NCBI GenBank assembly: GCA_001949185.1
Contig: BDGG01000001.1
Coordinates: forward strand, 3,613,324 to 3,677,323
Length of the DNA stretch: 64,000 bases
Direction of reading: 5' to 3'
DNA from: Ramazzottius varieornatus
Lineage: Eukaryota > Animalia > Tardigrada
The notes beneath the pieces were generated by a model. The model saw only the letters and a program-made list of their open reading frames with translations, made no database searches and had not been told where the DNA came from. Numbering within the stretch: position 1 is the stretch's first letter; the number at the start of each line of letters is the position of its first letter. The position numbers and the translations under genes are program-made. This document shows positions 13,065 to 24,594 of this stretch, piece by piece.

Positions 13065-14633
13065 ATGCTGCATCGTGTACGATCTCTTGCGCTGTGGTCG
13101 AGATTAGGAGTCTTCTTGCTACAGGTAAGTTGATAACGCGGAGTGCTATCTGTGTTTAGCTTACTTCCTTCGACTAACAGTTTCCCGTTCACTCTCAGGT
13201 CGTAGCGAATGCCGTCATTCCCGACTATCATCCCGATGTCTTCAACCCGCCGTCTACTACAGCAGCCCTGTCCTTCGGAGATAAGCTCGTCCGTTTTATG
13301 CTCGGGGGCTTCCGGCGGTGGGATGCCATATACTTCCTCTTCATCGCCGAGCACGGATACGTCTACGAGAACTGCCTCGCATTCTTTCCTCTGTACCCGC
13401 AGGCTGTCCGCATGGCTTCTGGAATAGTTGGGCTATTTCTCCGACTATGTGATTTCAGTACGGAAAGTTTGCTTCTTCTCTGCGGGTCGGCGCTGAACGT
13501 CGTCTGCTTCGTCAAAGCAGCTCAGGCTCTCTACGGATGGATCTCAGTCGTCGACCACGGAAAGTACCGGACAAATGCTTTTCCAACTGTACTTGCATTT
13601 TGCTTTAATCCAGCCAGTATTTTTTTCTCCGCGTGCTACTCGGAGTCGTTGTTTTGCTGTTTATCTTTCACTGCATTCCTCCACCTGGAACGGTCTTACC
13701 AAAGCACACCACAAAAAAAGAATGCTTTCGCCCGGGAGATGTACCTCACAGCTTTTTTAGCAATGCTTTCGGGAGCAGCGAGGTCAAATGGAGTTGTGAT
13801 ATTTGGCGTCTTCATCCTGAAAAAAGCTCAGACACAATTCCAAAGAATTTCGCCCGGAAAACAACTCTTGAGCAGTTCCTTCGATCTGCTATTTATTTCT
13901 GTGATATATGGTATGATGGCTTTTGTGCCTTTTGTTCTCTTCCAAATGTATTCTTTCCGTCTTCATTGTTCTGTTGAGAAGCAGCCTCTCGCTCCCGCAC
14001 TGATAGACTATGCCGTCGAAAGGGGTTACATTTACCTGGACCCAAGCCGGAATAGTTCCTCGTGGTGCGACAGTTCACTTCCGGTGGCGTACTCGCATGT
14101 GCAGAAGAGCCACTGGAACGTCGGCATGTTGTCTTACTATGAACTGAAGCAACTTCCGAACTTCCTACTGGCACTCCCAGTTTTGGTCCTGAGTTGCTGG
14201 ACTTTGTGGACGTTCCTTCCCTTCCGAGGACCAAGAAGAAGCAGCATACAGTCGATAGTTATGCAGGCAGCAGAGTCTCCGCTACTTCCTTATGTGGCGC
14301 ATTTGGGATTCTTGGTGGCTTTTTGTCTCTTCTTTGTACACATACAGGTGAGCAATTTTTTGAATTAATTTTAACCAGTCTGGTCTGATCAGGTTTGGGT
14401 TCTTTATACTGCAGATTTCGACTCGCCTGCTTTGTTCGAGTTCGCCGTTGCTTTACCTCGCAGTTGGATTGCTGATGCCGCCGACATCCAAGAATATAGA
14501 CTGGTCAACTTACATACGAAACCTCCGAGTAGCTTCGGAAAAAGATGTTAGGCTGAAGCTATGTATACAGTATTTTGCCTTTTACGCCGTAATCGGTACT
14601 ATTTTACATGCTAATTTCTTTCCTTGGACATAG
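13065..14633 (+). CDS. PIGV: GPI mannosyltransferase 2
   Basis: Exons 13065-13124, 13199-14348, 14415-14633. Motifs RWDAIYFLFIAEHGY, AFFPLYP, FNPASIFFSACYSESLF, HVQKSHWNVG, KQLPNFLLA and the C-terminal NFFPWT. Confidence 0.95.
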
Positions 14634-14823
14634 CAATATATCCTGTTGCCCTTTGATCAACTACATTATTAAAGTCATGGTGATTCCGTTTCGTTGCAGA
14701 CTTGCAGTTGAAACATCCAGCCAAAGTCGAGACAGAACGAAAATACCAATTGAGTAACCGCGGTGATTGTCTGATGCGAGAAAGGGGACACCGGAAGTGC
14801 ACATGAACAGCTCGATGCTCGGC

Positions 14824-16875
14824 TTATTCATACACGTAGAGGTCCCAGGCAGAGTCCTTGCGCCCCAAAAGAGCTTCGCGCTCAGCGACTCGCTGCTTTC
14901 TTCTTAGCTGACTCTTTTGCAGGATCTGATTTCGTACAGCTTCTACCCTTGGAAGGTTGTGAGCTCCTTCCCGAATCTCTTTGAGCTTCTTGGCCTTGTC
15001 GTTGAAGTGTCTTTTCTGTTCTTCCCAAACTGGACGTGCCTTCTCGATGAAGGTCCTCGCTTCTACCAAGATTCCTTTGGTCGCCTCCTGCTCGACCATA
15101 ATTTGAGACTTCCTTCGGGCCAGCTTCTCAATAGTCTCGAAGCGAAGGGAAATCAGCCGATCTTGCAGGTCGGCCAGCGACATGTCAGTCAAGTTGCCGT
15201 ACTGGGGCATCTCGCCGAAATCGAAGACCCGCTCGTAGTTACTGATTCTTTTCTCCATCTCTTGGATCTGGGCGATCACTTCCTTCCTTCGCTGAAACTC
15301 CACTTCGCACTGATCAAGATACCTGAGTGAAACATACGTTACAAAACCAAACGAAACTTCAGACAAGGAGTTTTTGTCGACATACCGCTGGTAGAGTTCG
15401 TTGTTTGCTTCTTTGACTTCCAGCGCCATCTGCTGTTTCTCTTCTAGTATCCTTTTTCTGGCGACCCCTAACTGCGACCTGGCATTCAACTGAGCCTCCA
15501 CCACTGCAGCTCTCGACCTCGCGATTTCCTTTTCCATCATCTCGCGCCGTTGGTCCTGCAGCTGTTTCTTTTGCTCCTTCTCCCATACAGCCTTCGCCTT
15601 GGTCTCCTCAATATACGTATTCCGGGCCGCGATAGCATTCTCTAGAGTCTGCATGGCGTCGATGATTTTCCTCTCGTTCTCCACGACCATCCGTTCCATG
15701 TCCTTTTCTTCCAGCTGACGTTGCCGCTTTTCCATCTCTTCCGGATTCCAGAAGCCAGCCGCCAACTCTTCGGCGATCTTTTGATTATTTTCTTTGTGCT
15801 TGGCGAAGAGAGCCTTTTCCCTCAGGATGCCAGCCGCAGTTTGACGCACGGGTCTGGTCTTTTTCGGCCGTGTAACCTCCTTCTGAGGGTTCGCCACAAG
15901 AGTTGAGGGTTTCTGTTCGGGAGCTGTGACAGGGCCTATTCTCTCTTCCATTTCTTCCCGGTGGACTTCGATCAACAATCTTGACGCAGCGCGGCGAACC
16001 TTTGGGCGGGATGGCCGAGCTTGTTTCTCCAAAGCCGCGCTTTTTGCAGCAGCTCGTTGTTTCTGTCGTTGGGCTATTCTTTGCCGAAACGTTTCCGTCC
16101 TCGCAGTTCGCTCGTTCGCTTTCGCCTGCAGTTCCACCGTGCTAGCAGAGGGTCTATACTTCGTTTCCGGAATTTCATTAGCAAGAAACTCGACTGCCGA
16201 AGCGTTAGCTTCCAACTGGGAAGATATTGGTCGTTGTTTCGGAGCTCTTTGACGTGTGTGGGTTCTCAAACCAAAAGGCTGTGGAATGGTCGGTCGTCTG
16301 GGCTTTTTCTGTTTTCCGTTCTGATAAACGTCTTCCAGCTGCAGAACAATTCTTCTTAGTTCCTCTTCAATCTCACAGTAGGGGCCGTACACATATTTCT
16401 CAATAAAGTCTCGGTCGAAGTTGACGTACCAGTCAGCCTTGATCTCGTTATGAATGGGCTTCTTTTGGCTTTCCACATTAGTCTTCTGGTCAACTCCCAC
16501 CAGAAACAGCAAGAACTTCCGTATGCTGAAGGAGTACAGGTGATCTAGCACAGCTTGCACGACAGGCAGTGGATGGAGTCTCCACTGGAATATTGTAAAG
16601 TAGGTGAGGACTTTACAGAGCTGGAGGTCTTTTCGGAGCGTAATGCGACTGGTTTGTTTTGCGAAGGGCGATACGACGCTTTGAAGTATCTTGTTATGCC
16701 GCAGACAGTTTTCACACAGAATCAACAAGTCAGCTTGCTGTTCAACGGAGATCGACTTGTTCTCTTTCTTTAGGAACTCCCGAAAGAACTGCCAGAGACT
16801 GATGGGCTGCGCCGGATCGAATGTGTCCAGAATGGATGTGGATAACGTGATGATTTCGATCAGCTTTTCCGCCAT
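14824..16875 (-). CDS. CFAP99: Cilia- and flagella-associated protein 99-like
   Basis: Long ORF with PTIPQPFGL, TAAGILRE, an extended coiled coil and YGNLTDMSLADLQDRL, as in CFAP99. Probable 63-nt intron 15323-15385; start codon uncertain. Confidence 0.75.
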   Translation of the reverse strand: MAEKLIEIITLSTSILDTFDPAQPISLWQFFREFLKKENKSISVEQQADLLILCENCLRHNKILQSVVSPFAKQTSRITLRKDLQLCKVLTYFTIFQWRLHPLPVVQAVLDHLYSFSIRKFLLFLVGVDQKTNVESQKKPIHNEIKADWYVNFDRDFIEKYVYGPYCEIEEELRRIVLQLEDVYQNGKQKKPRRPTIPQPFGLRTHTRQRAPKQRPISSQLEANASAVEFLANEIPETKYRPSASTVELQAKANERTARTETFRQRIAQRQKQRAAAKSAALEKQARPSRPKVRRAASRLLIEVHREEMEERIGPVTAPEQKPSTLVANPQKEVTRPKKTRPVRQTAAGILREKALFAKHKENNQKIAEELAAGFWNPEEMEKRQRQLEEKDMERMVVENERKIIDAMQTLENAIAARNTYIEETKAKAVWEKEQKKQLQDQRREMMEKEIARSRAAVVEAQLNARSQLGVARKRILEEKQQMALEVKEANNELYQRYVDKNSLSEVSFGFVTYVSLRYLDQCEVEFQRRKEVIAQIQEMEKRISNYERVFDFGEMPQYGNLTDMSLADLQDRLISLRFETIEKLARRKSQIMVEQEATKGILVEARTFIEKARPVWEEQKRHFNDKAKKLKEIREGAHNLPRVEAVRNQILQKSQLRRKQRVAEREALLGRKDSAWDLYVYE

Positions 16876-17159
16876 CGCCGAGTACAAAATTAGTAATATT
16901 CAGACTTCCGCACTTAACAATGTGGAATCGGCAGCCAGGCATTCTGCTTGAAAGTTCGGCAGGAGGACATGTTATTTATTTTTCCGTGCCTACAGGTATG
17001 TCAATGGAAGAATACTGAAGTTGCCAGTCAGCAAATGGCAGACTATCGAAAGGTAAATCAGAAATTATTATCATGCGAAACAATATTATGTAGTATGCTC
17101 TAACCATAAAAATACGTATCACAGAATAGAACAGGAAGAAAGATACTCGCTTTATTCCA

Positions 17160-20100
17160 TTACACGAGCGGACAGGTGGGTCGGGGAACCGCCATATCGG
17201 ATTCAGTCTCCTTGGCCATGTTCTCCCCATATTGTTTCAGCAGGCCCGATATCACGAGTGGCCAATACTCTTGATGTGCGTCTGACTGGAAGAAGCCTCG
17301 GAACGAAAACACCCAGGAAAGAACTACAGAGTGTAAGTCAGAACGGAGGAGTAGGTCCTTGATCTGAATGGCATCCAAGATACCAGCAGCCAACAGGTCG
17401 ATGTTTCCATCCGTGTCAAACTGCTCCAGCAGCTCAGAGACGCGCTTGACTATCGCACTGTGGAGATCCTCCTTGAACCAACAGCTGTCGGAGATCCGTA
17501 AGAGATGTAACTTGGCTCGTTCAAGAATGCCTGGGCCTGAAATCGTTGTGAGGTCCCAACCCGGAACGTTGTTCAGGAAGGACTTCAGTCTGTTCATCCC
17601 GTCGTCGAAAAGATCGGTCGCGACCGTCCTCTAAGAAAAACAAAATTTGTCCAAGTCTCATATTCCGGAAGCAAATATTTCCCATCCGATTTCTAAATTG
17701 TTGATAACTACTTTTTTAGATTTAATTTTCGAAGTCGGTTTTTTAACTAAATTTCTCTTTAAAATTTTCAGTCAGTTGACTCTACCTTGAGAAGAAAGAG
17801 TGGTATCTCGTCTTGGAGTTTGATCAACCGATCATCCAGGTTAATTAAAATCCGCCCCCGTAACGCCGCCATCGGGTCCAGACAAGAACTCTTTATCAAC
17901 GGCGAGACCATCGCGTTAATCGCTTCTTGTGTGTAGAAGTTCCATGCAGCTCTCTTGCTGTGGTTCTTCAAGTGCGCTTCTTTCGCCACGTTGAAACCCG
18001 ACTTGAAGTTAGTATACGCTAGCGAAACATTGACCACAGCATGGAATCCGCCAGCTATGGCATCCGGTAGTGCACAGCGGACAGTCGACACAACGATCTT
18101 TCCTTCCTGTTCTTGCAAACTCACCTCTTGGTTACACTCGACACACCCGGGTGAACAGCACTTGATGAACGTAAAGAACTCGTTCAGAGTGCAGAGTTTC
18201 CTGTGCATACTCCATGTCAAAAGACATGTCTCGTAGAACGACGCACTGGGGAAGAGAACGAGAACATTACCGGGAAGGACTTCGAGGATGTTAAGGAGGA
18301 CTTGACCGATGGTGAGGATGTTTCTCGAGTCGTTCTTTGCGGCGGCGATGAAGCTAAGCCGAACTTTGTCGGGGCCCGCGTATAGCAGCGCGGAATGAAG
18401 ATTTGCTGTTTGTATTGCGTTCTGCTTCTACAAAATGAGAGACAGTGATACGCAATCTCCAGAAAATGCCTTTTAGAGGAATGGGCAGTTCGGCAAACAA
18501 CCTCGACAGGATTGCTTTCCCAAGTGGCGCACTTTTTCACTGTCATCGGCTGAAAAGGTGCGCCACTTGGGAAAACGATTTTGCGAAGTTCGTTATAGTC
18601 CAAGCGATATTTCTATGAAGTACCTCCAAAAGAGTCGCTGGGTATATTGTCAGAATATCTGCAGGAAGCACGCTGAAGGACACCGGGACCATAACACCAA
18701 TCGTGACTAAACAAGGAACTCTCATGCTTTTCAGCGCTTGGAGTGCTGGGCTCGACGAAACCCCGAAGAACTTGTAAGTCTTTAGGTTTGGCTTCTGGTT
18801 TGCAAACGTATCGTTGTCGAACCAGAATCGGAAAGGCACATCTTTGTCTTTTGACAACGTCCACCGGACCACGTCGAGGTTCATCAGGTTGAGAAACAGC
18901 TGCTGGATCTGTAACCACGCTTTCAAAACACTGGGGCGAAGTTTCGACTGGAAGCTCGGCAGAGTCGCATCGGCTATGAAGCTCGTTATTATTCTGTGAG
19001 AGCTCGTCGGACTCAAGTGGGATAAGCCAAGAATACCGAGAATTTTGCCGAGATCTGGACTACTTCCCTCTTCCAAAATCCAGTATAACTGTAAAAAAAT
19101 TCGTCTGACCAGGAACGACCAAGAAACCAGAACCAGTATACAAATTTTCTCACCCGTTCCAAGAACTGAACGATATCACGCAGGGCGTTTTCCGCTTCAT
19201 TCCTTTCAGGCTTGTTTTCTGCGAACACCACGTCATACGTCTGCCTTACGAACACCGCTCTCTCATGTCCGAACGTGATAGCATGTCGAAGATCGAAGGT
19301 GGATAGGGTAAAGTCGTAACAGCAATCGAAGGTTCTTTCCAGTGCGAACATATCGTCACAGAGAAGAAAGGTACTCTCGTCCAGCGGAAGTCTTTCGCCT
19401 ACAGGTCTCGAACCATTCAGCGTTTCCTTCAACGCACCGTATGTGGTAACTATAAGATGTGAACTGCTCATCCGGTAAAGAAGGGAGTAGTACGGACAGC
19501 ATTTTGCGGTACTGAGAAGACGAAGAACCTCATCGAGTTCGGGCAGAAAGTCTGGAATCGTAGATTTCTGGACTGAATCGTCGAAAGTGTTCTCGTAAGG
19601 CTTGTACTGTCCAAGCTGAACTTTCATCCGACAGGCAGCGTTCTTTTCCGACTGTGTCTGTGAGGAGAAAGCAAAGCTAGAATAAGGAAGCCCATATAGA
19701 GAGTCCACTTTCTTGACGACGTACTTACATGTTGCTTACTTTGTGCATCTTTCTGAAGTTCTTGCTATACGAACACACGTCAGCCGGGTCTCCCACCGCA
19801 GTTATCCTTATGCAGTCCAGTTCAGGAAGGCTGAGCTTCCGTTTCAAGCGGTGGAGGAGCGAGATGGTGGCTTTGACGCTGTAGACTCCGTCACAAACGT
19901 ACAGTAAACGTGGCGTAACAGATGGTGCTCCTGTAAAGGAAAGAGCCTCCACAGGGACTTCGGTTGATTGATCGGCTCCATGATTGACGATCTTCATTTT
20001 GTATAAAATAAATGACAACATTGCAGACCAAAGTGCTTCTTGAAGTTGATAAATTTGATCCGGTAGCTCCAGGGCGGAGTATCTTGTGCCTGCCGCCAAC

Positions 20101-20210
20101 TGCTGGACGAACCTGCAGATCACAGTGTCCATTTGGGAATCAGTATCCGACGGAAGGTGCACTTTAACATCAGCAACACGGACAGTCCGGTAAGTGGCGT
20201 GCTCGTCCAT
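17160..20210 (-). CDS. RTEL1/FANCJ (XPD-family) derived protein with degenerate helicase motifs; 5 exons, ~850 aa
   Basis: Exons 20210-19740, 19657-19154, 19088-18624, 18427-17786, 17630-17160, all phase 0, join into one ORF. Collinear RTEL1 blocks: PRLLY, CRMKV, CCPYY, GPDKVRLS, LPGNVLVLFPS, FYTQEAINAM, LDDRL, and a harmonin-homology-like C-terminus. Confidence 0.8.
18495..18595. repeat. Palindromic element (N27 family) in intron 3 of the RTEL1-like gene
   Basis: caagtggcgca 18521-18531, 27-nt spacer, tgcgccacttg 18559-18569. Confidence 0.8.
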
Positions 20211-20848
20211 TCTAGTACCGTTAAGCTTCCTCTGCCAGCTCGCAGACTCGTTAAACGTGCACAGTCAATCGGTGCTGTGGCATTGTAGTGTACCTGAAAC
20301 ATATGTAAGCTAAAGTTGCGGCGCTTCCGTTGCTGCTGAGAAGGAGAATCTCTCCAACGGTTATCGCGCAGCGAAAATGTGAGAATTTTCGGTCCGGCCG
20401 ATCAGATCGACTCGGTCCGATTGTTGATTAAGTGGGAAATCCATGCTGACCGTTCAATCAATGCCTAGGTGTTTTTCCTAGCCGGATGCTGGTCCGCCGG
20501 TCATGCGGTGCGGAGCCGGTCGACTGAAACCACGCGATCAGCTGTTCCAAGATGTTACGGTTGCGCAGTGTTGTCGTTTTCCCATCTTTTTGCCATCTTT
20601 GATGGGGTTTTTAATTTTTATCGTGTTCCCGTCCAGTTTAACATTTATATTGTGGACTGAATCTCTACCTGGCCGTTCTGTAATACTTCCTTCACCGCTG
20701 TACCATGGGAAACGCGTCGTCTGCTGCTGCGAAAAAGGCGAGCACGGAAGCTGCGGAGATGACTTCTGCTTTAAATGGTACGACAAAAACGTTTTAGTGG
20801 GTTATATTTACCACTGTCTGGATAGTAACCTGATGGATCCTGTCTCAC

Positions 20849-22206
20849 ATGTTAGGAGATCATGGATTAAAACTGTCTGTAGTAGATCCTGAAGTGGAGA
20901 CGGTTTCTGAGCCTGGCAGTGGTGATTCCACCAAGCAAGAAAACAGTCCAGATTCACAGCAACAAGTTGCTCATGTTACTCTCTCTTCTCCTCCTGAACA
21001 CTCATCTGCCTCGACAACTGCTGAGAAAAAAGATTCCGATCTCTTAGATATTTCGGTGGACGAATTAAAAGTTGACTCCTCCGTTTCTCATGAAGTTGCA
21101 GAGCAACTCACAGCAGTTACACAGCCTGGAAATGCCTCAGAGTCCTCAGCTGACGGTGAAATTGCAAATGAAGGCCAAACAGAACCCTCTAGTATACCTG
21201 AAAATTCTCCACAACAGTTTGCACAAGGTAAATGATTTTGGACACGTGTACTCTTTGGTAAAAGCAACAACCTATTTTTTCCATCCAGGTAATGACCCAA
21301 TTCTTCCAACGGATCCGGATCTGACTCACTGGGTACACATTGACGACTGGGAAGAACGAAAGCACTGGTTTCACCAAGGTGATCTAGTCGAATTCTACCG
21401 AGGGAACGGACTGTACAACCACTGGGGAGTCTACATGGGCAATGGGTGTGTGGCCCATGTCACGACCTTCAACCTCATGACTTCGTCGACAAGTGTCCTT
21501 AAAGCCATAAACATCGCTGGCATGTTCTTCCCCTCCGTCACGAAGCATCCACTGGCTACGGCGATAACAGTGGGGACTTCAATGTGCATTCAACTCGGAG
21601 AAATGATGATAGGTACAGGAGGAGTTAGCATGTGTGACCCAGTGAGGAAATGTGTGACCCAGTAGTCTCAGACGGCGCATCCATAGAAAAGCATGAGACA
21701 CTCGTAATTAAAATAAAGCTTATGACGTAAAGAATTACAGTGTTGTTTATCTTACATAAAAAGTGTTTCTGTTAACGTGATGCATACTTGATACATGTCA
21801 CGCCGTCTGAGACTACTGGGTCACACATGCTTACTCCTCCTGTACTTTTGTTTTGCGGAATTTTTCTGTCTAGTTACGATCAACTTTACCTCGTTTGGAG
21901 TCAACGTGGAAAATGTCCCGTTTGTTTTTAGCGCCCTCGCCTCCGGATCCAGCGAACAACGATCTGTACTACTACAGAATGGACCCGATAGTGATTGTGG
22001 CAGGAACCGATCAGTTCCGGGTGAACAATCTGGCTAAGAGGGCAAAGGACCATGTGGCGAGGACCTGGGAGGAAACATTCAAGCTGGTTCACGAGAGGAT
22101 TAATACGGTGCATAAGTATTCGCTTCTGAGAAACAACTGTGAACATATCGCCACGTTCTTCCGGTACAAGCCTAAGGAGAGCGGAAAGAAACCTCGAACG
22201 GAATAA
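20849..22206 (+). CDS. LRAT/PLAAT (HRASLS, NlpC/P60) domain phospholipase/acyltransferase with acidic disordered N-terminus
   Basis: GDLVEFYR..YNHWGVYMGNGCVAH (H-box) and YSLLRNNCEHIATFFRY (NCEH catalytic Cys). Introns ~21229-21288 and 21613-21930. Confidence 0.88.
21616..21842. mobile_element. Tc1/mariner-type MITE with TA TSD
   Basis: TA|caggaggagttagcatgtgtgacccagt...actgggtcacacatgcttactcctcctg|TA. Confidence 0.85.
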
Positions 22207-22267
22207 GCATTGCATGGCTGTGTTTTAGATTCACTCCTTGTATTTTCGTACACGTTTTTTCCAGCTA

Positions 22268-22567
22268 ACAAGGGGATTATTCTGATCCGCCGCCTCTGAT
22301 CCGCGAACCGACAGCACGGGTGGAAAGAGGAGAGTCTCTTCCATAGTCTGAGCCAAAAACCTAGTCATCATTCCGTTCCTAGAAGGAACTGCGGGAGGCC
22401 AAAGTGACGAGAATTGGACTGATTGTGCTGATTCCGCCAAATTTTTGTCATTTTGGTCTCCCGCAGTTTCTTTCAGGAAGGTTTTTGGCTCAGATTATGG
22501 GAGAGGCTCTCCTCTTCCCACCGTCGGTTCGCGGATCAGAGGCGGCGGATTGGAATAATCCCGTTGT
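22268..22567. mobile_element. MITE with ~95-bp TIRs
   Basis: gggattattctgatccgccgcctctgatccgcgaaccgac...tgagccaaaaacct is mirrored at ~22478-22566; flanked by TA. Confidence 0.8.
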
Positions 22568-23439
22568 AACGACTTTCTGGCTGCGTAGTTAGTTTGCTCT
22601 CGAAAGCAAATTGCTTTCGCGCGTTTCGTGTTTTCTAAACCAGAAGCGCTGAAGCCCGTTAGAGGCTTAATGGTTTCAACATTTACAATTTCATAATTCG
22701 TACTGATCTACACGCGATAAAGCTTTCCAGACGCCTCTGATGCGAAGCAGCCAAGCAGGTTTAGAAGATCTTCTCAACGGGACTGAGAACGCCCAGTAGC
22801 GCCTGTAGCGGAGCCCCGAATGCCACTGGGTCTCCTGACTATGCGCAGACAGGATTTCCGCACCCGTAGCTAACTTGCCAGTTCTGCAGGTCCGTGGCAG
22901 GTAATTTTCGATATTAGGCTGGGTAAATGAGTAAATCATCCGTCCATCGCTGGTGCAGGGCCATATTTGCCTGGAAAAGGCTGGAATTTTGTTTTGGTTT
23001 TTGTTCCTCAAAGTTCTCAACGGCCTAGCTTCCGCCGGCTTTTCAAGAGTCCGGGCATTCTGGAGGCTCTGGAAGATCTCAGTACTCTGGTCTCGTGTAA
23101 GTTATCTGCTTGTATGGCGTGTCCAGTATGCATAGTGGTGCTGTAGACGGTGTTAGAACAGTGACTCGGATGTACCTTATCGACTACCAGAATTCCTTAA
23201 TACTGCTCGGTGCTTCAAACCTGATTACTCTTTCGTTCAGGATATTTTCGGGATTGAGGACTTTGGAGGGATATCAACATTTCCGTTGGACATCAGACAA
23301 GCCAACTTATTTGCTAACTTACCGTTAGACCTGTAGGTAGTGTGTCTGACTCTAGCTGTCTAACATTGCTCTGACGCGTGATTACATTTTCTTATGGAAT
23401 GCCTACTTTACCTGCTTCGTCTTTCAGTATAGCTGGAGA

Positions 23440-24594
23440 ATGCCCGCGAAGACAACGAAAGCTTCGAAGAAACGGTTGTCGAATGGCGCAGTGAAGAAAG
23501 ATGCTGAACCGGAAGCTGCGACCGAGACGAAAACCGAAGCGGAGCCAGAAGCTGGGGCCATGAAAAGCCATGAGCAGCTCTGCGATGAGAAGCTTACGGC
23601 CATAGACATTGAAATCCAGAAGGAGTTGAACAAGTGGTGGGTGCAAATCATGCGTTGTTGCTCGGTTGAATCTCGTTATAAACATGCTGCAGAAATGGAT
23701 GTTTGCAGGTATCTGCGTCCCGAGTACAGCTGTCTCGATGAAACCCAGAGAAAGTTCAAGCCGGGAGATGAAGTTGTCTCCATCAGCAAGGGGATTTACT
23801 ACCAAGTGAAGGTGGGTATTCTACTTCTAAGATGCCCTAGCAAATATTCTAACAATGAGAAAATGCTTGCTCTTGCGCATAAATGTCTCGTTTGAAAACG
23901 ACGATTGTGCAGGACTGTCTTCTTGTTTTGACAGATTGTGGGATATGAAGCGAATACCATCGTGCCAGACAGTTTGTTCCTGAAACCTGGAACGAAGCTT
24001 TCAGCTGACAAGCAGATTCCAGTGGTCCGTGTCAAATTCGAGGGATGGGGCCCCAAGTAAGACTCGTTCATTTCGTTCTGTGTCTTCCCTTTTCCTGCGC
24101 TGTGATCAGCTTTTTGGTGTTTCCATGTAATACCATGCATGACTACCTTTCACTCATGGTGTTTCATTTCTGCAGGTACAATGAGAAGGTTCCGGAGAAT
24201 GAAGTCCACACAGTGAAGTTTCCCGGAGCTCCCCATGAAGCAAGTTCCCACCTCCGGACTTTTGGTTCTTCTTCTGTTGTATGATTACTGTATCTTTGCC
24301 TTTTTAACAGACTTTGGCATTGTTGGTTGCTCACGAATGGAACCTTCTTCAGTGGTAAGTACACTTGGCTGTGTGCACTGTAACCTTCGTGTCAGTTATT
24401 TCGAGAAGTGTACAAGGTATGTTTCTTTCAGTGAACGTTGGAAGCTAGCGAAAATCACTGATCTGGGAGTCAGCTCATTCCTGATGGGTGTCAAGTCGTA
24501 CGAGAAGGTGATGAAGAGATGGCAGAAGGATAGCGGAGAGACTATTCCGTTCGAACAGTTCTGCGGACGAGTCTCCGCCGACGAAAACTTCTGA
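23440..24594 (+). CDS. MRG15/MSL3-like Tudor-knot (chromo-barrel) protein, divergent; C-terminal exon structure uncertain
   Basis: Spliced FKPGDEVVSISKGIYYQVK|IVG...VRVKFEGWGPK|YNEKVPENEV matches the chromo-barrel consensus FxxGExV...YxAK...HYxGWxxxWDEWV. Confidence 0.65.
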
